A stretch of 64,000 bases of DNA, from contig JAQFVV010000002.1 in assembly GCA_028023455.1 (NCBI GenBank), forward strand, positions 8,618,001 to 8,682,000, in the 5' to 3' direction. How positions within the stretch are numbered: the first letter of the stretch is position 1; the number at the start of each line of letters is the position of its first letter. The notes below the pieces were generated by a model. That model was not told where the DNA came from, ran no database searches, and saw only the letters and a program-made list of their open reading frames with translations. This document shows positions 1 to 13,100 of the stretch, piece by piece. Position numbers and translations under genes: made by a program. The DNA is from Epiperipatus broadwayi (lineage: Eukaryota > Animalia > Onychophora).

Positions 1-334
1 CATTCCATCAATAGCAATTAAGATTAAATATATTTTTATCTGAAATAGATTTGAAACATTGTTTATTGCAAAATAGCAAGTGGTTGCACTTAAAATGACA
101 GTAGATGTTTTTAATTTGGTTATAGTAGCTGACTTTAGTTATTAGCATCCAGTTTCAAAAAATAGAAACAATGTTTACAACAATACTACGGTCTCTTGGG
201 CTTGTTTCTGAATATGTATCTATTTCAAGATTTTTATTTGTTATTATCTGTATTGTATAAATGTTATTAATCTTTGCGAATACAATTGGTGATAGACATT
301 TAGTTACCATTGAATGTATATATAATCAGCATAT

Positions 335-520
335 GGATACATACCAGAGTGAAAATGAATTTAATATAGTTTCATTCCTTGTTTAACTTGCTCATGGGAT
401 AGTCAATACCAGTGATTTAGTCACCTTTGGATACATACCAGTAATGGCAATGAATTTAATATAGTTTCATTTCCTTATTTCAATTGCCAATGGGAGAATT
501 AATAAATATAATGATTTTAC
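335..520. repeat. Diverged tandem duplication, period about 94 bp, about 2 copies
   Basis: GGATACATACCAG...AATGAATTTAATATAGTTTCATT...GGGA recurs at 335 and 429. Confidence 0.8.
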
Positions 521-599
521 TACATATAGTATTATTCACAAATCAGAATGAATAGACGATGATCACCAAGCATTAAAGATCGCGGGAGTTATTCATTTA

Positions 600-2250
600 C
601 TATATTTCCCTGATAAGGCTTAATTCCCTTAAAGTCTATTTAGTTTCCTAATGTATTTATAAGCACTGACTTATCAACCTTGTCAGAATTACACTGGGTA
701 TTGCTTACTTTTTTTTTTTTTTGGAATGACATGCCCAACCCACACTAACTCAGTATCTCAGGGAAAGTGGTAGTTGCACTGGTTGGAGAATATGGATATA
801 TCATGAACATGGAGGTACAGTCTTTAACTGGATTTGTTTTAATACATATATAATATTTCTGAACCGGATATTGATGGAATGGGGTTACTAGGATCTAATT
901 CTAATGTTTTATTACAGCCTATTATTCCTGTAACCCCAGAAAAAATAAAAATAAAATTGAACTAACACTCTCATGATTTCTACCCATTTGGATTTAGCCT
1001 CCATTTGTTATATATGTATTGTTTAAGTAACTACAAAATAATTACCTCATGAATATTATGAGAAGATACACACATATATTTCTTTTATTCAATGACATTT
1101 AATAAAGTTGACAAACATAAGATAGTAACACAAATTAACACAATATTTACATTCTCTCCTTCTCATATTAGGAGAAGTTGAATAAACAACAATATTAAAA
1201 TATATATATATACCTTTGTTCCTGGGAATGGATGAGGTGATATATATCAGTAAGCTTATATTAAGAACAATGAATATAGGTATTATCATGAATAGTTCAT
1301 TATTCCTGTACAGTCTTTAATTTGATAGTCATAGAAAAGATTCCCTGTACATTTAAACTAAAGTCCTTGGGCACTGATTTACAGCAATGGGCAGATGCCA
1401 AGATTTCCACTGATTTACATTCATGGATACTGAGTGAGAGGCCAACATATTTGAACTTTACCCCACTCTAGTCATATCACTTATCTCAGACATTTTTATT
1501 TTACCCCTCTGTGGCTGGTATTTCTCTCCTGATTGCTTCTATATTTTAGGAAAAAAATCTTTGCTAGTTTTTCAGCTTGGCAGTAACTTATTGACTTATC
1601 AGATTAAACAGTTTCAATCTATCAAGAATAAACATCAGCCAGCTGTAATGAATTTTCAGCTCAAGGAACTCCAAATGATTTATTGAGAACATCACCAAGC
1701 CAGCAGAATCAACAAATGAAGTCTTCCAACACCCCGTATGACTACCTTCTCCAGAGCTAATTTTAACCAAGGAAGGGATTGTTATATCTCACCTTCAAAT
1801 AATGGACTTGTCCAGATTTCTTTCTTACCATGATTGGATTGAGCATTCATTGCCACTAACCAGTGCATATATATATAAAGATAACGCATAGCCAATGGCA
1901 AGAACAGGCCAATAGGCAATGATACTGAATCCGAATGTTTCTGTTAAGGTTGGAGATCTGGCAATAAATAGTCAGACCTTTTGAAGATAAAGAGAGAATG
2001 ACTGCCAAAGCTCAAAGACCATATGAGTTCTTCAGAGAACAACTGTTAAACCTGAATAACAGTAGCCTAGTTCTCAATATATAGTCAAAGGAAACTCCTG
2101 CTAACCTGAACAGTAGTGATCGTTCTCCAGAATATAGCTATTTAAGCTAATGCTTAATAGAAGTCCATGTTTCAGGACTGGAAGCTTCCAGAACCAAAAC
2201 CAACTCAAGGCAAGCTGTAAATATAGCTAGATATGAGTAGAGAAATCTAT
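600..2250 (+). mobile_element. Heavily decayed Ty3/Gypsy pol remnant (RNase H and integrase-like pieces)
   Basis: GC-richer island. LGTDLQQWADAK...SWILSE at about 1365-1440 resembles RNase H LGAVLxQ..DG; SPSNNGLVQ at about 1790-1815 resembles integrase HPxSNGLVER; KVGDL...RPYE at about 1945-2030 resembles the GPY/F module. Many stops and frameshifts. Confidence 0.45.
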
Positions 2251-3199
2251 AAAGGCATTCCTTCTTCAACAATTCACATTAGAACTAGTAGCCATACCCC
2301 ACTAAAAGCAAGCAGAGCATGGCCATCATTACTTAAATCTACAAATATTGTAAATAGAAATTATAAGTGTATGTTTGTATCTATATATTACTAATAACTG
2401 CATCATCAAAATATATGTATACTCATTTGTGTTTATATGCATAATTCTGACTAAATATAATAAAAAATATATAATAAATTTACTTAACAACTGGTCAATT
2501 AAAAATGAATGGAAAATTATATATTATAAAGTTGTATAATGTATTTATTATTTATTCTGTATATTATTATGTTATATAGTCAATTCTTTGAAGATATATT
2601 GGATCTCTATATGAAGGTTTTATTCTATGTTACCAGTGCTTTATATTGTTACTGTTGTTATTTTATTTCCATTATGGAACACTACATGGTATTCTATCTG
2701 CACTAATTGGTTAATGTTAAAGTAGATAATTAATTTAAGGACATAAAACCATGTGCCTAAAAAGGACTCATATGTATGATTATTATTAATATATATATAT
2801 ATCTGTATTTATTATAATATTAAAAAAAAATTTCTCTTTTGGGTATTTTTTCATGCTTTCAATAAACTCTGAACACTAAAGAAGTGGAAGTCCTGTGATT
2901 ATGATTTGTTATATATTGAAAGCATGCTAAACATGAATAAAAGCTAAATTTAAAATATTACTACATTTTCTGTATAAATGTCCAGAACATTTATGTGAAT
3001 ATTGTAATTTATATGAAAGAACTGTGTGATGGATTTTATTAATTTCTATTTTTTGTGATATTATACAATGGTTGTGAATATTAAATATCAATCAAACATC
3101 ATAAATATTAAGAAAACTAATAAACTTCTTTGTTTTTATGCAAATGTAAAGATTAAGAAGTAAAACTATGCAATTTCAAGATTGTATTAATAATGAAAA

Positions 3200-4200
3200 T
3201 TTTAACATTTTTATTTCCGATACCTGGCTACATGAAAATTTGAGTACTGATTTGATTATTGGTAATAGATATACTATATACAGAAAAAACAACACAAGAA
3301 CATATATCAAGAGGAGGATGTATACTTTTAGCTATTAAAAATGTTTTTACTCAAATGTGCTTTTATCTAACATCACAATTGAAGCAAAATGGGTGAAAAC
3401 AGAATTGTTAAATAAATTAAAACTTCTGATAGGATTTTAATATATTCCCCAAATATTAAAATTAAGGATTTTGATGAATTGCTGAATTTATATGAAAACA
3501 TTCTATTAAATTTTAATGTTGAAATAATTATTGAGAATTTCAATGCCTCTCAATTATTTTTTGAAAATATCATGAATATAAAAATTGATTTATTTTAAAA
3601 CAAATAGAAATCACCAATTTTTAAAAATAAGTAATTTATATTAAGATAATACTGTTAATAATAAAATGGGTAGACAATTAACCTTAATTTTACATAATAT
3701 ATTAAAAATTCAATGTAAAGAATATAATTTCCAAGGCATACAGTATGATAAACATCACTTTTCTTCAAAAATTGAAATTTCAATTCCTTTTTCAATAGAA
3801 GAAAGTAAATCTCTATCAAATAAAAAAGTTATGCTAAATGTAATTACTGTCAACTGGTAAATGTATAGCATCCAAAAGAAATATTAAAATTATTTCTAAA
3901 AATAATTTATAATAACATTCCTTTAATTAATAAATACTCTCATAATTTTCCAAACTGATATTCCAAAAACCTAAGATTAGCCATTAAAAGAAAAATTTTC
4001 ATTATAAAATAAATTAATCAAACATAAAATATACAATTTAAAAATAATTGATTAAATTAGACAAATTGTAAAATTAATGCAAGAAACATTATAAAAAGCA
4101 TATAATTAATATTGAATTCAAAATTAAAACTTACCCTAAATTATTTTTGTCTCAAATAAAAAAAATTAAATATTGTTAAGATACCATATCCAAATCAAGA
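3200..4200 (+). mobile_element. Very eroded LINE relic (AP-endonuclease region)
   Basis: TCAAGAGGAGGATGTATACTTTTAGCTATTAAA = SRGGCILLAIK at about 3306-3338, like the APE RGGGV motif; no open frame. Confidence 0.35.
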
Positions 4201-4454
4201 ACTAATAATGCAAGAAACGATTGATGAAAATAAAGAGTCATTTAAAAACACTGCTTGTTTACTTAATAACCAAGAAAATAAGGAGATAACAAAGAAGTTT
4301 TTAATTGAAGAAATTATTATCATTAAAAGGCATCAAGATTATACCTAGTCTTGCTTCAGATGATATTCCTATATTTACCTACAAAGCATATTCCAACTAT
4401 ATTGCATTACCACTAAATATTAAAAGATCATTTCCTGTGCATACCCAATTCTGT

Positions 4455-4627
4455 TAAAACAGAGGCAAAACTCTCCATACAATAATGCCACCCAGTGTAA
4501 GCCATAGTAATCAGTAGATGCTAGAATGTTTGTGCATAAAATCCCTCTCTACTGCCTACTCATTCAATATACCCAAATTAATTTTTAGATTGTGGCTTAC
4601 ATCAGTGAGATACTTTGGATCTGAGTT
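4455..4627 (-). mobile_element. Old copy of hammerhead-repeat family 1
   Basis: GGCAAAACTCTCCATAC...GTGCATAAAATCCC...TGCCTACT...TTGTGGCTTACATCAGTGAG..CTTTGGATCTGAG aligns with 8995-9165; ribozyme core degenerate. Confidence 0.8.
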
Positions 4628-4899
4628 CATTATTTAACATGTCATATGTTTTTAATTTCATCAAATAACCTCAAATACATTACTCACATAATGACTGTGT
4701 ATATATTTTGGGTTAGTCTTTAATAGTGATCTTATTATTTTATTTTCAATAGTCTAATATAATATCACAAATGAGTGACTTACAAAAAGTCTTATTGGCC
4801 ATGTATATATCATTTTGTACATATAATCTCTAAAGGTTAAACCATGTTATAAAGTTAACTTTATGCTTGCTCATAATTTTCTGGGTTAAGTTATTAAAA

Positions 4900-5340
4900 G
4901 ATTAATTAAATGTTATGAGTGGAGTGTACTATTGTATGGTTGTAAAATACAGGCAGTGAGTAATAAAATTAGGAACGGATTTGAGGTCTTTGAAATATGG
5001 ACATTAAGAAGAATGGAAAAACTCAATTGGATTAATAAAATAATAAATGAAGTTTTGAAATAGTAAATGAAAAAATAAAATTGAGGAAATTAGAAAGAAA
5101 AACTGGATTGGATATATATTAAGCAGAAGTATAGTTTAATGAAAAATGTTTTAAAGGGAATAGTGAGTGGAAGAAAGGATGGAAAAGATTAACATTGTTG
5201 GATGGTGTAAGAGATGGGAAGACTTACATGGAATTAAAGAGCTGGGAAATGAAGATAATGGAGTGGAAAATGGGTAAATTGATGACATGACTACTCTCTG
5301 AACCTATCCATGGGACAGAATACTTTTGATGATATTATGA
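4900..5340 (+). mobile_element. RTE-type LINE 3' fragment
   Basis: Translates with breaks to R.FEVFEIWTLRRMEKLNW...RKKNWIGYIL...LKGIVSGRK...LLDGV...YMELK, typical of the RTE ORF C-terminus; ends in a GAT-like tail. Confidence 0.7.
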
Positions 5341-5654
5341 TTATGGTTTAGAATATGTTTTCTTCAATAAAACTATGCAAATCAAGGAAAACTATCCTAA
5401 AACTTGACTGCTATTTTTTATCATTTTTATAAATTGAAATAAAGATAATAGTTCTCAATTCACTGAAGCCTAGTCCTTCCTTTAAATATTTTGCAATAAA
5501 TATAAATGCATTACATTAGTAAAAAAACACAAAAATTATTCATGGCTCTGTTTATATATTTTGATATTCTAGGGTTTAAGGCAGATGTAATTTTTTTTTA
5601 AATATTCATTTCTATTGTAATAAATCAATATATTGTAAATACTGAACTTTAAGA

Positions 5655-5862
5655 TGTAATTAAGGAATTTGAACCCAGACTTTTAAGCTTCCTTCAGCTA
5701 TCCTCTCTATCTTATATAACCAATACACATGGCACACACACAACATACCTATATTGGAGATCATTTATCTTATTCACACGTGTGTGTTCATGTGTATTGG
5801 TTATACACGATGGAAATAGCTGACGGAAGCTTAAAAGTCTGTGTTCAAATCCCCTTAATTCA
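5655..5862. mobile_element. Head-to-head inverted pair of hammerhead-repeat family 2 fragments (hairpin, arms about 85 bp)
   Basis: 5655-5735 is the reverse complement of about 5780-5862; the + arm from about 5750 (TATATTGGAGATCATTTATCTT) matches the sequence right after the ribozyme at 59097-59138. Confidence 0.8.
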
Positions 5863-6289
5863 CTGTATAATTTATTTAAATGTTTCTGCAAAAGGCCAGA
5901 AATAAATCTATTGGTGTTTTTAAATTACAACCATGTATTCTTTGAAACATTAAAATTGTAATTTGGGAATTCATAATTTATTCAAAGCTTTCTTGATTTA
6001 TAAACATAAATGAATTTCTGTTACTCTTTTTCACTTATGAATATGTGTAATGTTGATAGTGTTCACATTGTCCTATGAAAGATAAAAGTTCCATCTCTGG
6101 TTCAAGTTAAATAATAATTGTGATTTTATGTTAATAACATTTAGTGAGTTTATTTAGTATATATAATTTCAATTTGACAATTCTGTAAATAACAGGAACC
6201 TGAAGGTGACCTATATAATAAAATTATGTTTTTAAAAATACACTGAGTTTTCTGTCTTTCTCAACATTAAAGTGACTATTAATCTATTC

Positions 6290-6900
6290 TCAATCTCCGT
6301 TGTGATACTACTGTTAAGCATATAAGATTTTCACATTAAGCTATCTATCTAATCAATTTCTGATCAATAATTCTCAGTACTGATAGTCTTTGGATCTTCC
6401 AAATCCTTGGCAAATTTTTTTTCTTTTAGTAGAATCAGGAATATTTTTTTCTTTATGACAAATTCTAGTCACATAGCCTTTGGATTTATGAATTTCACCA
6501 GTTTCATGTAACTGGCCAGTTGACTGTGATGGTGAACTGAAACAGTTAAAAAATTCTCATTGCTGCCTTGATTCTTCTGCTCTTAACAGTCACTTTTTTT
6601 AAAAAAAAAATTATAGATAGCAACATGTTATTTAGAGTTCTCAAAGTGATATTCATGACTTAGCTTTATTTTATAGGCCAATCATATTCTGGAATCATCC
6701 TTGTTCATGAAATTAAAACCAGATAATGCATGTTGTTTAAAAATAATTTTCTGGCATGCTAATTGAAAATTGCTCTGTTGTGATCTTTTTTAAAATACCA
6801 GTATTTGTACATATTCTGTTTAAATTTTGCAGTGTCATAAAATAATGACTTTCTTCTGCTTGCTCTCATAAATGCAATAAAAATATAGATGGAAAAATGT
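6290..6900 (-). mobile_element. Eroded LINE RT remnant
   Basis: Minus strand KDLEDPK..ISxLR at about 6370-6410 resembles the RT-proximal DxxNYRPISLL motif. Confidence 0.3.
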
Positions 6901-7532
6901 CTGGTAACAATGTAGAATTGAGACAATTTTAACCACTGTTTTATTCTTTTTTGACTATGGAGCTCACATAAACAGTCTATTATCCTGGTCCCAGCCTAGT
7001 AAAATAGTAAAGCTACCTTGTTATAGAATTTTCTAAAAAGAAGTTCACATGATTCTTATTTCATTAGGACATTTTTTAAAATTAGAGTATGTTTACCTGT
7101 GAGTTGATTACCATAATCCAACAAATCTGATAAACTGGATAAAATTAAACTTTTACTGTGAATATATGTTTATGTAAAATTTTAGGTTGGTTTTTGCCTT
7201 ATTTTCAATATTGTTTAAAATGACTTGTTCAAATCATAATATATCATGGTGAAGTAATTTGTCTTTTTAATTGTTTGCATTGGTATAATGATTAGATATT
7301 TTTTAAGCACTTTTACAAATCAATTATTTGATTAGAGTATTTAACAAGTATGTAGCTAAGGATTGTATCATTTAACTTTGTATATTTTTATATATTTATT
7401 TAAATTCAAATAATATTTTTAATAGTATAATATAGAGGTAAATTATTTAATAAATGGGAACTCATTATATAATATAGATGAATTTCAAAAAACTTCCACA
7501 TTTCACTTTTCAGCAAAAAAACTTTTAATATT

Positions 7533-7572
7533 GATTACAGTTTCGACTGTACCATGCAGTCTTCATCAGATC
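7533..7572 (-). ncRNA. Hammerhead ribozyme motif (solo, fourth sequence type)
   Basis: Minus strand GAT CTGATGA A GACTG CATGGTA CAGTC GAAA CTG TA ATC: intact core, perfect 5-bp stem II, 3-bp stem I, shortened stem III. Confidence 0.6.
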
Positions 7573-7899
7573 TAAATATAAATGAAGTTAAATCAACAGT
7601 CAAGATGTAATGAAATGTAGCAACTAGTCAGAGTGGTACTGTTGGATGAATGAAAAAGAATAGCAAACCTGTCCAAGCAACTATTTATCCGGCTATGAGT
7701 GATGAAAAGAGGCCATCTTTTGATCAGTAGTTGTTTGTACAAGTTTGTTATTGTTTATGTTCATCCAACAGAGCATTAATTTGCCAAATAAAGTATCAAA
7801 AATTTGTTTTTATTGTAAAATTTCTTATATGTATTTCAAAATAAATGTATTTTTGTGTAATGCATCACAATGTGGTGTTTCATAGATTTCTGAATTGAA

Positions 7900-8470
7900 T
7901 CTATCAATGAATAGCATTTTTTCTATGGACAGATTCAAAGAATAGTCAGTCACACAATCAATTCAGTAATTTCTCCCTTCTATTCTGTTAATTGCTTAGA
8001 TCTTTAATTTCACATATCTCTTCTAATCTCTTATATCATTCAATAAGATCAATCACTTTCACCATTCATTCCAAAACGTACTTTATTAAACTGATCTTTT
8101 TTAAAAATATATGTTCAATCTAATTTCTCTTTCCATCTCTAGGCTTCTTTTTTTCATTTACCCATTCCAAAAATTATTTATTTGTCATTTTTTCATCCAA
8201 TTATTTTTTTTTCATTCTTTTACACATTCACATCTCAAAATCCACCAATCTATTTTTAATTCTTTTACTCATTATACATGTTTGAATTGTACAATATGAT
8301 ACTTTGCACATATCAATTAATTAATTTTTTATTTAATTTTTATTTCAAAAGTCAAGAAAATATTTTCTTTTTCTTAAGAAATGTTTCTTTTGTCAATGCT
8401 AGTCTTCTTTAATTTTACCTTTATTTCTTTCATTTTCACTGCATCAACTATCTAAATACCTAATTCCATT
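7900..8470 (-). mobile_element. RTE-type LINE relic
   Basis: Minus strand KIKRRLALTKETFLKKRKYF at about 8355-8415 resembles RTE EIKRRIAxAKxAF. Confidence 0.45.
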
Positions 8471-8657
8471 CATCTGTTGAACTATATTATCAAAACCATT
8501 AAGCATCACATGATCACCATCTCTTATACTAGCACAATTGTTTATAAACAAAGCAAAACTTTCCATACAGTAGTGCCACCCTGTGCCAACCAGAGTAATC
8601 AATGGATGATAGAAGGCTTGTGCATAAAATCTTTATGTAATGCCTACTTATCCAATA

Positions 8658-8699
8658 TCCCCAGACTAGTTTCTGGCTTGTGGCCTTCATCAGTGAGGA
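8658..8699 (-). ncRNA. Minimal type I hammerhead ribozyme, family 1
   Basis: UCCUCA CUGAUGA A GGC CACAA GCC A GAAA CUAG UC UGGGGA: 6-bp stem I (one G-U), intact core, palindromic ACUAGU stem III, GUC cleavage triplet. Confidence 0.85.
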
Positions 8700-9108
8700 G
8701 CTTTGGATCTGAGAGCACTGTACCTAGATCTTAGGATCTAATGCAACCCTCCAGCAACCACCTCTTATATCTACTTAACTATAAAACTATGAGAATGAAA
8801 TTGAAAACAATATTTTCAATTTGAGCTCAATAACTTATATAGTCATATGGGTCTGAACTCAGTTCAACACCCATACAATTTGGTGTCTTTGGCTCTTTAA
8901 CAACCATAGCCATGACTATCCTATTAGGCAGGATTAGTGTTAAACCATTAAGCATCACATGATCACCATCTCTTATTCTAGCACATAATTGTTTGTAAAC
9001 AAAGCAAAATTCTCCATATAGTAATTCCACCCTGTGCCAACCAGAGTAATCAATGGATGCCAGAAGGCTTGTGCATAAAATCCTTATCTAATGCCTACTC
9101 GTCCAATA

Positions 9109-9150
9109 TCCCCAGACTAGTTTCTGGCTTGTGGCCTTCATCAGTGAGGA
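9109..9150 (-). ncRNA. Minimal type I hammerhead ribozyme, family 1
   Basis: Same sequence as the 8658-8699 motif. Confidence 0.85.
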
Positions 9151-9631
9151 GCTTTGGATCTGAGAGCACTGCACGTAGATCTTAGGATCTAATGCCACAA
9201 GCCAGAAACTAGTCTGGGGATATTGGACGAGTAGGTATTAGATATGGATTTTATGCACAAGCCTTCTGGAATCCATTGATTACTCTGGTTGGCACAGGAT
9301 GGCACTACTGTATAAAGAGTTTTGCCTTGTTTATAAACAATTATGTGCTAGTATAAGAGATGGTGATCATGTGATGCTTAATGGTTTAACACCAATCCTG
9401 CCTAATAGGATAGTGGTGACTATGGTTGTTAAAGAGCCAAAAACACCAAAATGTATGGGTGCTGAACTGAGTTCAGACTCATATGACTATATAAGCTATT
9501 GAGCTTAGATTGAAAATATTGTGTTTTCAATTTTATTCTCATAGTTTTATAGTTAAGTAAAGATAAAAGGTGGTTGCTGGAGGCTTGCATTAGATCCTAA
9601 GATCTAGGTGCAGTGCTCTCAGATACAAAGC

Positions 9632-9673
9632 TCCTCACTGATGAAGGCCACAAGCCCGAAACTAATCTGGGGA
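9632..9673 (+). ncRNA. Minimal type I hammerhead ribozyme, family 1 (stem III mutated CUAG to CUAA)
   Basis: TCCTCA CTGATGA AGGCCACAAGCCC GAAA CTAA TC TGGGGA. Confidence 0.8.
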
Positions 9674-9782
9674 TATTGGACGAGTAGGCATTAGATAGGG
9701 ATTTTATGCACAAGCCTTCTGGAATCCATTGATTACTCAGGTTGGCACAGGGTGGCACTACTGCATGGAGAGTTTTGCCTTG

Positions 9783-10060
9783 TTAATAAACTATTTGTTG
9801 ATTTTGACTTACGTTTCCTATTAACTCTTGCATCATTGCTTGCTGACTGATGCTTAATCTTTTCTCCATTTGCTCCGTTGCATACTGTTGACTTTGCTGA
9901 TGTTTGTTAAACAATTTCATCATCGTTTTCATCAGCATTTGCATCTCAATGGGCTTGTCTGTATAGTCTACCACTTCCATGTTTTGAAACTAATGGTACT
10001 ACCTTCTTCCCATCCTGCATCTTCAGGTATCATCTCATTATATTTATCCTCAGCTTCTAT
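9783..10060 (-). pseudogene. Gln/Met-rich frame, possibly an LTR-retrotransposon gag N-terminal fragment, truncated by the family 1 array
   Basis: ORF 9783-9980 (MEVVDYTDKPIEMQMLMKTMMKLFNKHQQSQQ...) plus a frameshifted upstream frame; compositional resemblance only. Confidence 0.3.
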
Positions 10061-10199
10061 AAGTAACAACAATGACCAACAGACTTACTTATTCTTAACA
10101 CTACTTTCTTATTCTACCCAGCTCAAAAGACAAAATTTTTAAACATTTACTTTTTTTTTACTAGGAAAACAAATTAAATTACTATGTATAATATTTACT

Positions 10200-13100
10200 C
10201 TTCAGCTTATGACTTTTTATTTTATCTTTATGTAACTATTATTTACTAAACAATTCATTGAATGGCAATCTTCCTCTTACCAACCAACCTATTTATCCCC
10301 TTATTAATACAAAAATTCTACTGACTACTAATATAATCAATTTTTTAAAATCTCTTTGTAAAGCTTATACTTGAGTTTCCATGTTAGATGTGCTATTCAA
10401 ATAAAAATATGTACTAGACACCATGCATATATTCTAACGCTCATGGGGCACCACTAGATCTCTATATTATCTGGAAAATTTATTTGGAGATCAGAATATA
10501 AGTTAATGGTGGGTGACTTAATAATCTTAATCTACTAATAAATAATTGATGGGCTAGCTCAGCTTAAGTAAGAGATTCATAACTCCTAAACAATTGATTG
10601 ACAGATAATAGATACTAAATGCTAGGCAAGTTTAAAATAACATAACACATTTATTAATTATCAAATTAAATTAAATAAAACAGGAAAATCATAAGAAAAT
10701 TTGAAATTAATTATTTATTTGGATAGTTTTTGTTTTGTTAAGGAATATAACAAGTTTATCATTGTTTACATTATTTAAGAAACTTCATTGTCTTAACAGA
10801 GTAAGTGCAAAGATTTTACTATAAAATTATACCTTTATTAAAGTATTTGATTAATTCTGATACAACAATTTTAAATTTACAATTGTGTGACTGAAGATAT
10901 TACAAATTTATCTGATCAATAAAAATAAATTATTGGAGATGTAACTCCTTAGTTCACCACAATAAGAATAATACAGGTCACAGTGCTGGTGGTATGAAAT
11001 CTGTATAGAAGGATATCTAGTGAAGAGATTATTGGAAACATCACCAACAGAGGTTCATAAGTTTCCCTACATTGATATCAATATGGGAATACCAGGACCT
11101 GGAATCTATAGAATATCTTTACTACTGCAGGTTTAGCTAATCCTGTTATAAAAAAAAAAATACACAACTCAAATAATGATTTGTCAGACATGTAACTGTC
11201 AAATACTATATGATATAAGCTCAAATAATTCATGATTAGTAAGAAGCGATCATGTTTTGAATAGCCAGCCACACACATAAGTCGACATTCATTTATTTTC
11301 TATAAAGAATACTATGCATCAGATCATGAATATTTCCAAAGAGTCAAAGTTATTTACACCTATCAATAAATTAAGCAATTAACAGATTCATCGATTGTTA
11401 AGAATACTATAAATAACATGTTTTTTAAAAGAAAGTTACTTCCTTTCATTTTTGATGAAAAAAAACTTATTTAGGTTAATTATCTAACTTAATTACAAAA
11501 TCAAAAAGTTTACACTGGTATAAACTTAGGTTAATGAATATTATATTATTAAACTATTATCCATTAATAAAACAATAATTTGAAACTTGGGATCTATATA
11601 AAAATAATGACTCATCCATATCAGAAAATACATATAAAATAATTCATTCGAAATAGATTATATTAATCATTAGATTAATTAATAATAAATTATATACTGT
11701 AATTATTCTTTTACATGAAAAATTAAAAGTTCTCTATAAGTAATGCCTGACTTACTGAAAAATTAAACTTAAGAATTATTTTAACAAAAAGATATTGCTC
11801 AGAAAAAAGTTATGAGCAAGATTTATCTTTAACAATTCACATTGAAAAAGTTTTCAAAATAAGTTAAGTAATGCTATGAATGTAACTCTATTTGTAATTC
11901 TGTTTGGAAAAATGATCTTAAAATAAATCTATTTGAAAAAAATTAAACTTCTAAAAATTTCTAAAAATCTTAAATAGAGGAAAACCATTAATTTACTTGA
12001 AATAATAATAAATGATAATCGTAGAAAATGCAAAACATTGCAGAAAAGTCTATCACAAGTTTCAGATCTTTATCTACTTAATTATAATAATTACCAATGG
12101 TTTTCCACAAACAGAATTCTGGAAATTTTTTTATGCTGGTGACACTGCTTTGATTTAATAAGGGTCCTTCCCAGAAGAAAAAAAATCCATAAGGATATGA
12201 AAAGTTTACTACTTTACAAAGAATGGCATGTTATTACTAATCAACAAAATCACCATACTCAACTTTGTAAATAATAGGCAAACATTCTGTAATCTGAATA
12301 TAAGCTTTGCAAGTCACTAGTTCTCAGCATGTCACTGGCAATCTACTGTTATCAATAATTTGTCTTAAAATTGTAAATAGATCATTAAAGATGTTTGTTT
12401 TTATATGGAAACCCAAATGTGAAACTTACCAATATATATATGTGTGTGTGAGTGTGTGTGTGTTATGTCAATGTCACTTTATTTTTCTTTCTCAATATAT
12501 ATGATTTTTTTGAAAAATACAGTTTATATATATATATGTTATCTGTAGTGATAATTCCATAAAAAAGGAGAGTGTACATAAGACCCTTGAATACTAAAAT
12601 GTGATAGAAATTTTATAAACTTCGAATAATAATGTTTTAAACTAAGAATTTTAAATAAGATTCTTCTATATAATAAATAATATTGTAAAAGAAATAAATG
12701 TATTTTATAACCATTGCTTCTTTAAAAGTATTATTATTAACTAAAAGAAAATTACATTTTGCAAAAATAGACTGAAATGTGATCCTATTCCATATTATTT
12801 AAGAGTATTGTAGTGCTAAAATAATTCTTATAGATAACCTTCTTGAAAAATTGATTAGCATCATTGGTGGCTGTTATGCCATGACTTTATAAACAGATCC
12901 TTTAACATTAGCATATTAAACTAGTTAATACTGTTCTCCTGATTGTAAACAAAGTTCCCACACTAAAATTTTGAATGCACAAGTAAATATTACATGAAAA
13001 AAATTACTGGTACACTCAGAAATATTCATTTGCAATGTCTCTGATTTTTAATATATTCTTTCAACAGACATCCGAAAAAAAGTTGTCTCCCAGAAAATAT

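Larger units (their letters stand above)
8485..9790. mobile_element. Hammerhead-repeat family 1 array: about 1.6 units on - and about 1.3 units on +, head-to-head (retrozyme-like / non-autonomous Penelope-like)
   Basis: Unit period 451 nt on - (cores end at 8693 and 9144) and 453 nt on + (CCACAAGCC at 9195 and 9648); inversion junction at about 9194; three complete ribozyme motifs. Confidence 0.9.

Noticed and set aside
5821-5860. GTTCAAATCC as part of a tRNA or tRNA-derived SINE
   Set aside because: No A-box or cloverleaf; the sequence belongs to the family 2 repeat
8477-8734. IKHHM...IEGLCIK resembling the end of a Penelope GIY-YIG endonuclease
   Set aside because: It is antisense to the ribozyme, lacks the GIY/YIG motifs and is too weak to call without an HMM search
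8827-9502. Paired 67-aa ORFs (8827-9030 -, 9299-9502 +) and the similar ORF at 59954-60175 as a small protein family
   Set aside because: They are inverted copies of the family 1 repeat unit; their similarity reflects DNA repetition and no domain is recognisable
10975-11010. GHSAGG esterase nucleophile motif
   Set aside because: The frame stops five codons later and the flanks do not resemble an alpha/beta hydrolase
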